From the human T2T-CHM13v2.0 reference genome, Homo sapiens, in NCBI RefSeq assembly GCF_009914755.1, contig NC_060928.1: 64,000 bases of DNA, one strand, 5' to 3'. This document shows positions 16,596 through 30,229 of the stretch, one piece after another. The notes beneath the pieces were generated by a model. That model had not been told where the DNA came from. It did not search any database and saw nothing but the letters and a program-made list of their open reading frames with translations. Positions within the stretch are counted from its first letter, which is position 1; each line of letters begins with the position of its first letter. Position numbers and translations under genes: made by a program.

Positions 16596-17499
16596 CATAT
16601 AAGTTGCAAGATATAAAATCATCCAAAAATCAGTTGTGTTTCTATAAAGTAACAATAAACAGTCCAAAAATAAAAATAAGAAAACAGTCTCATTTACAAT
16701 AGCATCAAAGGGAACAAAATACTTGAAAATAGGCTGGGTGTGGTGGCTCACACCTGTAACCTCAGCACTTTGGGAGGCCAAGGCGGGCAGATCACTTGAG
16801 GTCAGGAGTTTGAGACCAGCCTGGCCAACATGGCAAAACCCGTCTCTACTAAAAATACAAAAATTAGCCAGGTGTGGTGGCAAGCACCTGTAATTCCAGC
16901 TACTCAGGAGGCTGAGGCAGGAGAATCACTTGAACCTGGGAGGTGGAGGTTGCATCGTGCCACTGCATTCTAGCCTGGGTGACAAAAGCAAATCTCTGTC
17001 TCAAAAAACAAACAAACAAACAAACAAACAAACAAAAACTTGAAAATAAATCTAACCACAGAGGTAGAAGATCTGTATGCCGAAATGACAATGAGAGATG
17101 AGATGAGAGAAATTGAATAATACACAAATAAATGGAAAGATATTCCATGTTCATGGATTGGAATAATTTATATTGTTAAGATGTTCATATTACCCAAAGC
17201 GATCTACAGAGTCAATGCAATCTCTATCAAAACTCAAATGATATTTTTTCCCAGAAATAGAAAAAAAAAATCCTAAAATGTGTATGGACCCAGAAAGAAT
17301 TGTGAATAACTAAAGAAATCTTGAATAAAAAGAATGAAGCTGGAGGCATCATACTATCTGACTTTGTAACATACTACAAAGCTATAGCTATCAAAACAGC
17401 ATGGTACTGGTATAAAAACAGACACATAGACCCAAGGAACAGAATAGAGAGGCCAGAAATAAGCCAACACATTTACACTCAATTGATATTCGACAAAGG
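15790..17499 (+). mobile_element. Old L1M fragments (ORF1 end, then L1MA/MB ORF2) with (CA)n at ~16555-16592
   Basis: Degenerate ORF2 translation ([31 protein letters not shown]...IFDK). Confidence 0.8.
16732..17040 (+). mobile_element. AluS inside L1 with (AAAC)n tail
   Basis: Alu dimer. TSD aaa(t/a)acttgaaaata on both sides. Confidence 0.9.
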
Positions 17500-19640
17500 T
17501 GTTGTAGGGGAGTGAAAAATGGCTTTCATTCACACTTTTTGATTCTTTGGCTGGGCTAATAATTAAATTAGCATGAGACAGATTAATGAGAGAAAAATCA
17601 TATTTAATTACATATGACACACAGGAGTCTTAAAAATATGAGACCTGAAGAAGGATCAGATGATTGAAGCTTATATAGCACCCTGAGCTACAGAAAGAAA
17701 TGGGACTTAAGGCTTCTGGGGAAGGTGGTGACACAAGTTATGGAAGAATGAATGGAGGAAACGTATGGTGAATAAAGATTATCTTGTTAAGCAGATAAAA
17801 AGTCTCTCAAGTAATAAATGTTGCCCCTGAGCAGCCCTCAGAAGAATAGGTTATAGTATCTCTGGACATGGTGTCAAGCTCCAGCCTCCTCTCCTTTGGT
17901 GCAAGTTAATCTTCCCTGGTGGTAAGATTTTGGGGGAGGAGATTTATGACAACTGAGTTCCCTTTGGAGGATTCATCTTTAGGCAGATAAGGGGAGCTCA
18001 AGAAAGCTTCTGCCTGCATCCACCCTTCCTCATGTCCTTAGTTCAAAATAATCAACATACCAAAGCATTGTATTTTGGGATGGTATTTCCCAAACTCTTC
18101 CATTTCCTTTGTCTGAAACTTCCCTAGAAGTTTCACACACTAAAAGCTGAGTTGGTGGGTGTCGAGAGAAAAATGGATTTAGTAGCTGAGTGGTAAGGGA
18201 CCTGGGAATAGGTCAGTCCAATGAAAAAGTTGTGGCCTCATTTTAGGAGGTGGTGTTGCAGATGAGTTCCCATCAAAGTTAGGCACCTGTATGGTGCAAG
18301 GAAATAGGTATGAATACGATGCATTTCTAGGGAAACAAAAAAATAAAGATTAATGTTTGAAGCAGTCTATAAACTAGTTTCTGAATCTGGAGGGCATCCA
18401 GTTGAGATTTCTAGATGCTGGGTTTGAAGCATCTTCAGTTGGAATTAAGCTGTTGTGACTGACATCGCCAGTGGAGACTGGCAATGGCAATCTGACAGGT
18501 TTTCCTGGTTTGCAGTTTGCATGATGTGTTTCAGGGAACTTTCTGAGTAATGCATACACCAACAGACATGAAGGTTGTTTATACATAAGTTATTATGGTG
18601 ACTTATCTGAATTCTATAGTAAGTCATCCAGCTTCAGCTTTCAGGGCTTCAGGAAAGGCCAGTTTTAATTTCAGTAATTCCATGTCAGAAGAGCAGGAGG
18701 AAACTTGAAAATGTTAGTTTGGAAAGTCAGCGCCAGATTTTGGAGAAACCTAGAAGACTTCAGGATCCAGTTTACAGATGCTCAAAAACAATGAGCTAGA
18801 ATTTAATAATGGGTGAACTATAGTTTTCTTCTGAAACATAAATTTCTCTCTTTGGTCACCCCCATTTCTACAAAAAATAATCACAGTAAGATCAGTTTAT
18901 TTGTAAGAAAAATAGTTTCATTAAACTTGGCCTGTTTATTTATATAAGTGCAACAAGAATAGTGATAATTAAATAGGTGCTTTTAAGTCGGCTTTGCTGG
19001 AACTTTTAATAAGGAATCTCAGATGGGACTTTTAAAAGGCTCTCAAGGCTAAGAAGCCAAGCTGAGAAGTCACCATCAAACTTTGCCTGAAATACCTGCA
19101 GATATATAGGTGAAGTTCTTTTTCCTCAAGGTCCCCAAAATATTCTGATGATCTTGGGCCTGCCAGGAAGTGAGATTCCTTTCTTATGTGTGAGACAACT
19201 ATGTGAACTGTTTATTCAAGGTACCAGGCCAGTTTTTACCCCCCAAAGGATGTATTGGCTGCAGAAAGTCAACCCTAGTTCTTTAAAGATGGCTGCTCAT
19301 GTCAGAAAACATGACGTTCCACTCATAGCCTTGATAGTATAACCAGTGTTTCCAATTATGTACTGTTGCAAGAACAGATTCTTATTGAACTTATGCAAAT
19401 AATTATACTGCCATACAAAATAAGAATATTCAACAATAGTTTCCAAATTCTAGAGGGATCAGGTCAGCAGAAAAAAATGTAAATATTTTAATTTTATTTA
19501 CAAAAGTATAATTTACCAAATTGTTGTAAACTATATATAGCTTTACAAAAAGTTCCCTTAAATCTGGAAAACAAAACATAAAAAAGAATCGCAATATTTC
19601 AGTAAAAACTATAATAATCCGTTATTAGTTCAGTTCCAGG
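17500..19640 (-). mobile_element. ERV1 (MER4/MER34-group) 3' LTR (~17500-18102) plus internal sequence, truncated
   Basis: LTR resembles the one at 40811-41666. A purine tract precedes TG on the minus strand; internal sequence is AT-rich MER4-group-like. Confidence 0.6.
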
Positions 19641-19647
19641 TAATTAA

Positions 19648-19754
19648 TTTTTTTTTTTTTTTTTTTTTTGAGATGGAGTCTCAATCTGCTGCCCAGGCTG
19701 GAGCGCAGTGGCCCAATCTCAGCTCACTGCAACCTCCACCTCCAGGGTTCAAGC
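19648..19754 (-). mobile_element. Truncated Alu 3' fragment
   Basis: Poly-T plus gagatggagtctc...gggttcaagc, ending abruptly. Confidence 0.85.
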
Positions 19755-19779
19755 TATTGGCCTGCCGCGGAATCACTAT

Positions 19780-20370
19780 AGAGGTTCCTCAGAAATTGAG
19801 AATAGAACTGCCATATGATACAATGATCCTACTCCTGGGTATATATCCAGAAGAATTGAAATTAGAATCTCAAAGAAGTATCTGCACTCCCAGGTATTTT
19901 GGGAGCATCGCGGTATTGCAGATTATTACAATGCCAAGCTATAGAAACAACTAATTTCCGTTGACGAATGGATAAAGAAAATGTGATATACACATACATG
20001 AAATATTATTCATCCTTAAAAAGAAAGAAATCATACGATTTCAACATGGATGAACCTTGAAGACATTACGTTAAGTGAAATACTCTAGTCACAAAAAGCC
20101 AGATAATGTATAATTACACATACATTCATTATCTAAAGTAGCCAAATGTATGTAAACACAAAGTAGAATGGTAGCCACTAGGGGTTGGAGGAGGGAGCAG
20201 AAGAGATTTGTTTAATGGGTATAGAGAGTTTCAGATTTTCAAGAGGAAATATTTCTGGAGATCTTCTGTTTTACAACAATGTGAATATACCTAACATTAT
20301 TGAACTGTACATTTAAAAATGGTTATGATGGTAAATTTCATATTACGTGTTGTTTATTATAATAAAAAGC
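19780..20370 (+). mobile_element. L1MA/MB 3' end
   Basis: LRIELPYD..LLGIYP remnant; 3'UTR ends gaactgtacatttaaaaatggtt...aataaaaa. Confidence 0.8.
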
Positions 20371-21446
20371 AACAAAAGCTAATAGAAAAAATACTAAAAA
20401 TACTCAGTTAACCTCAAAGAAGATAGGAAAAGATTAAACAAAAGAATAAAAACAGATAGGACTGGTAGGAAACAAATAACAAGATGGCAGACTTCCACCA
20501 AACCATATTAACAATTACTAGATGTAGCACACTGAAAATTTCAATGAGCAAGGAAGTACGGCCAAAAACACTTGGTCTTCCTAGATTGATAGGAAGATGG
20601 TGATAAGCAATTGTAATACTTTCTCCTAGAATACTAAGGGAGGCTTATGCCATGGAATAGACTGGCTTTGCTCAGGATCCAGGTAAATCATGAAGATACA
20701 TTAATGAAGCCAATGGTTGAAAGAACCTTAACTCTGGGTTCTGCTGATGTAGTGGAGATTACTAGTTGCCCACCTAATATCCTTTCTCTCCCCTTTCTGC
20801 AATACACAAGCTTTAAAAATTATTGTTAAATAATTCCATTTATGTAAAGCCCAAACAAATAAGCAAACCTAAATCTTAATATTTAAAAATACATACATAT
20901 TCAGGTAATAAAACTCTAAAGAAAAGTAAAGGTGTAATTCCAGTAAGAGTTAAGTTGATAGTTACCTTGGTGGAGGTGCGGAGAGAGGTGGTGACTTAGG
21001 AAGGGAAGGAAGCGGCCTCTGGAATGCTGGAAATGTTCTTTCTATCTGTTAACTTGAGTGGTGGTTCTCATAACTTTTTCTTGATGGCATGTGATATCCC
21101 TTCTTCCTTTAAAACAGGGTGGCCAATAAGATGTGAGCAGAAGTAACTGACTGTGCCTTCCAGGAAATCTGTTTTGAAAGGTTTTATTCTTCTTGGAGGT
21201 GTAACCAGTATGCTCTGCTCCTCTGTTCTCCTTGACTGTGCAATTTTCAAATAATGGCTGGAACTACAGCTGTCTTCTTGGACCATAAGGCAACCTTGAA
21301 GCTAAAAACTGCATGCTAAAGACAATAGGATGAAAAACCAGAAGAACTCTAATTCCATGATGCCTATGGAGCCACACTCTAACCCTGGACTGCCCAGCTC
21401 AGAGTTTCTATTGCTTGAGAGAGACATAAACTTCTCTCCTACTTAA

Positions 21447-21762
<316 letters not shown>

Positions 21763-22099
21763 AGGTTTTCTCTTAAATGCATCCAAATCCAGTTCTAATG
21801 GACACAGCCAGTTTAGAGGCTTAATATCCAAAGGAGTGCTTCCTTGAAGGAATGAAATTGAACTGAAAGTTGAGACGGCCTCTGGCCATGTCTAGCCAAT
21901 TATGTATCCAATCACCCGGCAGAAAAATGTGTGAGGGAGGAGGGTTATATGCTGGATAAGTTAACTGACTATTTAAAACAAGAATCAGGTTCATGTCGCT
22001 ACTCTGATCAAAACCTTCCAGTAGCTCCCAGTTCCCCTCAGAGTGGAACCCTTAAGTCTCCTCAGTTTGGTGTATTGGGCCCCTTGCTATCTGGCTTCC

Positions 22100-22610
22100 T
22101 AGATTTGTTTCCTGTGGTTTCCGTAACAAATTACCACAAATAGAGTGTCTTAAAACAATAGAAAGTTATTCTCTCAGAGTTCTGGAGGCTAGAAGTCCAA
22201 AATCAAAGTGCTGGCAGGGTTGATTACTTCTGGAGGCTCTAAAGGTGAATCCCTTCCATGCCTCTCTCCTATCTCGTGGTGACTTCCAGCAATCCTTGGC
22301 ACTCCTTGGCTCGTGGCCCCATTGCTCCAGTCTCTGCCTCCATCTTTGCCGTGCCTTCTCCTCTGTGTGTCGTGTTTCCTCTCTGTCTGTCTCAAATCTC
22401 CCTCTGCCCTTCTCTTCTTATAAGGACACTTGTCACTGGACTTTGCCTGCCAGATGATCTAAGATGATGTCTTTATCTCAAGATCTTTAAGTTCATTCCA
22501 TCTGCAAAGACCCTTTTCTCAAAGAAGGTAACATTTACAGGTTCCAGGAATTAGGGTGTGGATATATCTTTTTGGAGGTGGGGCAGGAAACACCATTCAA
22601 CTCAATGCAT
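22100..22610 (-). mobile_element. MLT1C/D-like MaLR LTR
   Basis: gtaacaaattaccacaaa..cttaaaacaatagaaag..agttctggaggctagaagtccaaaatcaa. Confidence 0.8.
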
Positions 22611-22656
22611 GTCACTCCCCTGCTCGAAGCCTTCCAATAACTTCACATTCTACTCA

Positions 22657-22848
<192 letters not shown>

Positions 22849-22854
22849 CCGAGT

Positions 22855-23387
22855 GTTCATTGTGGTCAACCAGCCCTATACTACCTTGCCTCCCATTACA
22901 CTGACCTCCTTTCCTACTAATCTCAATCATGCGTGTGTCCCACTTGCAATAACCTCCTTGTTGACAGTAGCTCAAGCCAGATATTCTCTGCCTCTGGGCC
23001 TTTGCACTGGCTATTTCCTCTACCTGGGAATGCTCTTCCCCCCGCATCCACATAGCTCCCTCACTTTCTTCAAGTCCTTGTTTACATGTCATCTTCTCAA
23101 TGAGGTCTAATCCCATCTAAAGTTGCAACCGCACATCCTGAAAAGCTTATAATGCTTTTTATGGTTTGTAATATTTAATAGGTTTATCACCTTTTAATAC
23201 ACTATATAGATGACTTCTTTATTATGGTTATTGTTTATGGTCTGTGTCCACTTACCTCTGGCTCTAATGTTAGCTCAGTGAGGGCAAAGATCTTTGTTTT
23301 ATTCACTGTGTATTCCAAGAGCCTGGAACAAAATAAGGCTCCCTAAGCACTTGTTGAATAAATGAATCTGTTAAGTGGATCAGGGTC
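22855..23387 (+). mobile_element. L2 3' end
   Basis: gggcctttgcactggct...ggaatgctcttcc; ends ttgttgaataaatgaat. Confidence 0.75.
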
Positions 23388-23417
23388 TCTGGTGCCCAGT
23401 GGAGAAAAGTAGTATGG

Positions 23418-23530
23418 TGGGGTGACCAACTTGTTCTGATCTGCCTAAGAGTTTCCTGGTAATAGCACTGAAAGTCCCATGTCCCAGGAAAGCCATCACT
23501 CCCGGGCACACTGGGATGGGGGATCACCTA
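23418..23530. mobile_element. MER81-like hAT MITE
   Basis: Termini gggtgacc...gatcaccta with internal agcactgaaagtccc. Confidence 0.65.
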
Positions 23531-23808
23531 GAATTTGGGGGGAAGTGGGGTGATTGTAAGGGCAGTCTGCTTGTTCTATCAATTGTTCTGTGAATTGCAT
23601 GATAGATGGAGAACCAGTGGAGGACTAGTGAAACCCTCCCCTCAGTACTGAAGACAGCAAGCCACAAAGAACATTTTAAAAGCTTCCAGAGATAAAAAGC
23701 AGATAGTATACACAAGAACAAGAATTAAGCTAGCCTTAAAACTGTCATGAAAATTTGAGGGGTCTGATGAAAATGTTCTCAAGCCTTCAAGACCCCTTTA
23801 CTCTCTTT

Positions 23809-23809
23809 G

Positions 23810-23863
<54 letters not shown>

Positions 23864-23871
23864 ACACACAC
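23809..23871. repeat. (CT)n(CA)n compound microsatellite
   Basis: Read directly. Confidence 0.95.
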
Positions 23872-24570
23872 AATGAACATTCTCTTGGAAGATGTATTCT
23901 TCAGAAGGGAAACAAATTCACGAGTTGCTTCAAGTACGTATGATCAAAGGAAGAAAGGAGGAAAAGAGAGTCCCTAACAACCCAGTCTATGATCTCTGGA
24001 TCGCACGGGGCAGCCTCTCTGTGGTGGCTTCAACCCTGTGGGACTCTTGCTTGGCTGGAAGCCAAGCCTCCAGCACCGTGGCTAGGACCAGGGAGCTACG
24101 CAATAACTCCGCTTCCGTAACCACTGTTTCCTGGGGGCAGGAACTTAGAGAGTCTCAGACTGCTGAATGCTTCTTCCTGTAACTAAGACCTGGAGCACAA
24201 TTCGGGGAAGGAACGGGTGAGGTCCCCAGAAGATGCTGGGTTTGGGCACGAAACCGCAGAGCCCCTCTCTCCCTGCCAGCCCCCGGCCAGCCAGAAAGCC
24301 CAGAAAGCAGCACTGGATCTGAGAGATGTGGGCCCGTTGTCAGCTTCCACCTTCTCTCCCTGGACTCTACCCGCCCAGATACTGGAGGGACTACATAGGC
24401 CCATTCATTGCAAAGAATGTCCCCTAGTCCTTCTCAGAGAGGGCAATGTGGGGCCATTTCACTGCAGCTCCTGGATGAGGAGACAGACCGCACTGCTCGG
24501 CACAGCAAATCACTAAACCCTGCCCTTAGCCCCCAGGAGGAGGTGAGGTTTCCAGATACACAAATGCTCA

Positions 24571-24984
<414 letters not shown>

Positions 24985-25649
24985 CTAAGCATTGTTTCCA
25001 ATATGCAAAAATAAGGAAATCTTTCCATTAGGGAAATCTTTCCATTAGAGAAATCATGTATATAGTTTTCAAAGCTCTTTCATTTTTTTTGAACCTCAAT
25101 ACAAATAGGTAGGGCCATTCTCACTTTTCTCTGTTTATAGATGAAAACATTGATATCTAGAATTAAATGTGCTTGCATTTATGCACTGTTATTTCCTTAA
25201 AATAGTGTCACAAAAATTATAATAAAATCACTGTATAAGCAAATTTTGAATTCAAATACCCCAGAAAAAATAAAACACTACATAATTCCAAAGCTGAAAG
25301 CCAGTGAATTGTAAAATGTTTTTATACTGTTGCCACAAGCTACCACCATATGAACAGGAAAACAGAAATACCAGCCCCCGCTTTCAGTGTCCTAGAAATC
25401 ATGCTGCTATTTCAGGTGTTGGAACTTCCAGGAGGGATTTCTGTGTGTGGTTGTGAGGCTGGTCTAAGCAAATTTGTCCCTTTACCAACTGTCAGGTTGT
25501 TGTGGTGGACACCGGTAGCCTACCAGGTTAGAGCTAGGTATGGCCTATACAAGCCCAGCCTCAGACTACTAGTTGGTCTGTCAAAATGAAGTTAAGGCTA
25601 TATTCTGCCAAGCGGACAACTATTTATTAGTAAGCAGGCTAAAGATAGT

Positions 25650-26310
25650 TTGGGTGTCCTGCAGTACAATTCTGACAATAACCATCTGGAGTTAATGTCA
25701 GATTCCTCATGTTAGGAGCACTGTCCCCAGCAAGACTGTCCCCATTTCAGATGCCAGCTGTAATTCCAGGTCTCCAGACCACCTGTGCCTGACCAACTAA
25801 CTAGCTACAAATCCTACAACCACTCTCAGGCTTGACAATTCTCCATAACAATTCCTGGAACTCAGGAAGGTGCTAGACTTATAATTACAGTTTTATTATA
25901 AAGGCTGCAAATCAGGACCAGCATAATGAAGAGATACATAGGACAAGATCTGAGAGGGTCCCAAACGCAGAGATCCCACGCTCTCTTTCCATGAAATCAG
26001 AGCGCATCACCCTCCTGACACATCAATGTGTTTATCAAACAGAAAGTTCCTCTGAGCTTGTGTCCAGAGTTGTATTATAGTTTCCTGACATAGGCATGAT
26101 TAGTCAGACCATTGACCAAGGATTAAACTCAGTCACCAGCCCCTTTCCCCTCCCTGGAGATCAGACTGGCTCAAAGTCCTAACCTCCTGAGATCACATGG
26201 TTGGTCTTTCTGGTGACCAAAGATGCCCCTATTATTCAGGAAATTCCGAGTACTCAGAGTCTCTCTCCCAGGAACTAGGGACAAAGGCCAGTCCAGTGCT
26301 TTATTACACA
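25650..26310 (-). mobile_element. MER21-family LTR
   Basis: Reverse-complement similarity to 29300-30090 (ccaggaactagggacaaa; ttttattataaagg; acttcagac-like ends). Confidence 0.65.
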
Positions 26311-26755
26311 AACAGTTGCATACCTGTTCTCCTTAGCTTGGTGAGATCTCCTCTTTCTGTCTTCAGGCCACAATCAAGTTCCCTGCATGAACTCTGAGAT
26401 CAGCCAACCTTGAGATAGAACTTATGACAGAGTCCTCTGCAACATGGGGTGCCCAGAGGGCATGAGTTTTGGATGTGGGCCCCACCCCCACAGAATCTGG
26501 CCTGATTCTGATACTTCAACCAAGCAAGGTGCTGGGATCCATTCAGTCTTTTCAGGTGACTGTATTTTTTGAACACCACTTATTTTATCTGTGGAAAATT
26601 ATTTCTAAAATGCCTTATGCTAGCTAATGAAGACTTAGTATCTATAATAATAAAATAGAAAACATTTTCTTTAACCACCTCTGATTATAAATTTCTGTTC
26701 AAATGCTGAGTAATTACCCCTGGAGTATAGATGAAAGGTAATTCATGTACCCATA

Positions 26756-27307
26756 TGTGATGGTTCATACTGAGTGTCGGCTTGATTGGACTGAAGGATG
26801 CAAAGTATTGTTCCTGGGTGTGTCTGTGAGGGTGTTGCCAAAGGAGATTAACGTTTATGTCAGTGGACTGGGAGAGGCAAACTCACTCTCAGTCTGGGTG
26901 AGCACCATCTAATCGGCTGCCAGCATGGCTAGAATAAAGCAGGCAGAAGAACATAGAAGGACTTGACTTGCTGAGTCTTCCAGCCTTCATCATTCTCCTG
27001 TGCTGGATGCTTCCTGCCCTAGAACATCAGAGTCCAAGTTCTTCAGCTTTTGGACTCTTGGACTTTTGGACTCAGTGGTTTGCCAGGGGCTCTTGGGCCT
27101 TCGGCCACAGGCTGAAGACAGAACTGTCGGCTTTCCTACTTTTGAGGTTTTGGGACTTGGACTGGCTTCCTTGTTCCTCATCTTGCAGATGGACTATTGT
27201 GGGTCTTCACCTTGTGATCGTGTGAGTCAGTACTCCTTAATAAAATCCCCTTTATATATACATTTATCCTATTAGTTCTGTCCCGCAAGAGAACCCTGAC
27301 TAATATA
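26756..27307 (+). mobile_element. MLT2A (HERV-L) solo LTR
   Basis: tgtgatggttcatactgagtgtc...gaaccctgactaatata; degraded 5-bp TSD ccata/acata. Confidence 0.88.
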
Positions 27308-27659
27308 ACATAAGTTACACTTTCTATTCTGAAGTAGTTTAAGTAGTTTACCTCATAGACAATGGAACACTTTTGTACTAATATTTTAATACACTGTGAC
27401 ATTATAATTTAAAATTCTTTTTATATTAATAATGCCATCTGTGTGTTTATTGGTGGGGCTCATGCTCCTGCTGAAAAGAAAGTGTACTCGGAAAATCAAC
27501 TTTGAAATAGAAATTCTGTGTGTTAAAGTGCTAAGAAGATGGGCATACATAAGTACCATGTTGTCCCAGACTGTTAATTAAGAGGACAGCATTCTGCAAA
27601 GTATCAGAGTTCAAGGTGAAACGAAGTAGTAAAGAAAGTGTTCACAACAGTCATTCTAG

Positions 27660-28463
27660 TGTTAAAAGAAAAACCCTAGCCAAATTAAGTTTAATAGTGT
27701 TTAATTGAACAGAGAATGATTTGCCAGTTGGGCAGCCTCCTGAGCCAGAGTAGGCTCGAGATACTCCAGTGCATCTAGGTGGTGGAAGAAGACTTATGGG
27801 CAGAAAAAGAAAAGTGATGTACAGAAAACAGAAGTGAGGTACACAAACAGCCAAATTGGTTACAGATCAGCTTTTGATTTACTTGAACCCGTTTTGAACA
27901 GTTGATCCCTTTTGGCCAAAATTCAGTGATTGGCACAAGAGAAGTGTTAAATCAGGTTTAGCCTAAAGCTGCCTCATTACCTGCTTTAAGTTTGGCCTAA
28001 AGGTTTCTCTGTACATCATGAATTATAACCTAAATAGAGTTGTAAACAGACTGTAACCAACTCTTGTGCCAATCACCAAGTTTTGGCCAATCAAATATGG
28101 TCAATTGTTCAAACCATGTTCAAATAAGGCAAACACTGACCGGTAATCAATCGGCAGTTTCTGCACCTCACTTCTGTTTTCTCTGAGTCACTTTCCTTTT
28201 TCTGCCCATAAATCTTCTTCTGCCACGTGGCTGTGTTGGAATCTCTCTGAGCCTACTGTGGCTCAGGAGGCTGCCCGATTCATGGATTGTTCTTTGCTCA
28301 ATTAAACTCTTTTAAATTTAATTTGGCTAAGGTTTTTCTTTTAAAGATAGGTTACAATCTGTTTACACCTCCATTTAGGTTATGGCTCCCTGTATACAGA
28401 GAAACTTTTAGGCTGAATTTAAAATATGTAAGGAGGCAGCTTTAGGCTAAACTTGATTTAACA
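27660..28463 (-). mobile_element. MER57-type solo LTR (outer), interrupted
   Basis: TG...CA ends with perfect CTAG TSD (27656-59, 28464-67). Confidence 0.8.
27945..28345 (+). mobile_element. MER57-type solo LTR (inner, opposite orientation)
   Basis: tgttaaatcaggtttagcctaaagctgcc...ggtttttcttttaaa is the reverse complement of the outer copy. Confidence 0.8.
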
Positions 28464-28868
28464 CTAGGTTTATGAATACACAGTTTATATTTATTCCTAT
28501 TAGGATAATAGTCTTTATTTGTGCGTGTTTTAAATTGAACAAGGCTTCTAAGAACACATTCCTTATATAAAAGGCAGCTATCTTCCAACTGACTAAATAG
28601 GAATGCACAGGCACTAAGTGGAATAGCTAGAAACAGTTCTTCAGACTCCTCATCTCACATTTGGGCATCATATTGGCTACTTCATGGTGGGAACCAGGGT
28701 CTTCTCTTTATTGCTGTGAGTCATCACTGGGTGGGACCAGCTGTCAGCCTTTACAGGGATCCCAGGCTCATTCCTGCTGCACAGACCCCTGCTCTCACCT
28801 CTCTCCTGGAGAGTTAAAGGCTGAGACCCACCCCATCAAAATTCAATAAGGTCTAGACTAAGACTGGG

Positions 28869-28890
28869 CATCTATCTATATATCTATCTG

Positions 28891-28922
<32 letters not shown>
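28869..28922. repeat. (TCTA)n tetranucleotide microsatellite
   Basis: Read directly. Confidence 0.9.
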
Positions 28923-29101
28923 AGCTCCTCATATGACTTCGATCAAAAGTCAGGCTTAGGAACCATTGCTGACAATAACAGGCAGCAATGAGTTACTCTG
29001 AACAATACCGTGTCATCATCAGATTTGCATTTTAGAAAGCAGGCTCTGGAAGAAGTATGGAGGTGACAACAGTGCTGGTGGAAGCAATAATAATAATCAT
29101 A

Positions 29102-29300
29102 CAGCTCTCCCCTTCATCCTCAGGGGATACGTTCCAAGACCCCCAGTGGATGCCTAAAACCACAGATAGTACAGAACCCTATATATACCATGGTTTTTGA
29201 TCTGGTAACTCAGATGCCTACTAAGTGACTAGAGGACAGATAGTGTATCAGTGCCAAAGGGATAATTCCCTTCCCAGGCTGGTGGAGTGGGACAGTGCAA
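29102..29300 (+). mobile_element. MER2 (Tigger-family) fragment
   Basis: ggggatacgttccaagacccccagtggatgcct. Confidence 0.75.
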
Positions 29301-30090
29301 GATTTTGTCCCCAGTTCCTGGCACAGAGCTCCTAAAAACTCTTGGACTTTCCTGGGTGAGAGGAGCTATTTTTGTTACCCTTAATAAGCTCCTTTCAACC
29401 ATACCTGAGTTTATGCTAATGAGGTGACTCTTGGAGGGTGGGGCCGTTTGCCCCGGGAGCCAACCCTGTGATTGGAGGGTTGGAACTTGCAGCCCCACCT
29501 TCTGGACTGCCAGGTGGGGAGAGGACCTGGAGACATCACCAGTGGCCAGTGACTTCATCAACCGTGTCTATGTAATGGAACTTCCATAAAACCTCTTAAC
29601 AATGGAGTTCAGAGAGCTTCTGGGTGGGTAAACACTTGGAGTTGCTGGGAGAATGGTGCCCACAAAGGGGGCATCAAGCTCTGCACCCCTCTCCTTGCCC
29701 TGTGCATCTCTTCCATTTGGCTGTTTCTGAACTGCATCCTTTATAATAAACCAGTAATAGTAAGTGGAGTGTTTCCCTGAGTTCTGTGAGCTGTTATAGT
29801 AAATTACTGAAGGTGAGGAGGGGGTCATGGGAACCCTTAATTTACAACGTCAGCCATAAGTGCAAGAAGTAACCTGAGACTTTTGGTTGGTGTCTGAAGT
29901 AGCGGGAAGTCTTCTGGGACTGAGCCTGTGGGGTCTCCACTAACTCCCGGGAGTAAGTATCAAATTCATTAAATTATAGGATGCCCAATTTTGGTGTCCA
30001 CAGAGAATTGGAAATTTGCTTGTTTGCGGGGAATGGATAAAACCCCTACACACTTGGTATCAGAAGTATTGTGAGTATAGAAACAGTTTT
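29300..30090 (+). mobile_element. MER21-family LTR
   Basis: ccagttcctggcacagagctcctaaaa...gagtttatgctaatgaggtgact...ttggtatcagaagt. Confidence 0.75.
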
Positions 30091-30229
30091 ACACTTTGCC
30101 TTCTGACACAAAGGAAATCAGGGTTCAGAGAACCCTAACAGCAGATAGCTTGAAGTGCTGGAACTGAAATTCAAACCCAAATCTCTCGGACAGCCTATAT
30201 GTTAAATATCTTTAGTTATCTTGATGAAA

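Noticed and set aside
25016-25055. 17-bp tandem duplication ggaaatctttccattag
   Set aside because: Ordinary slippage duplication with no further support.
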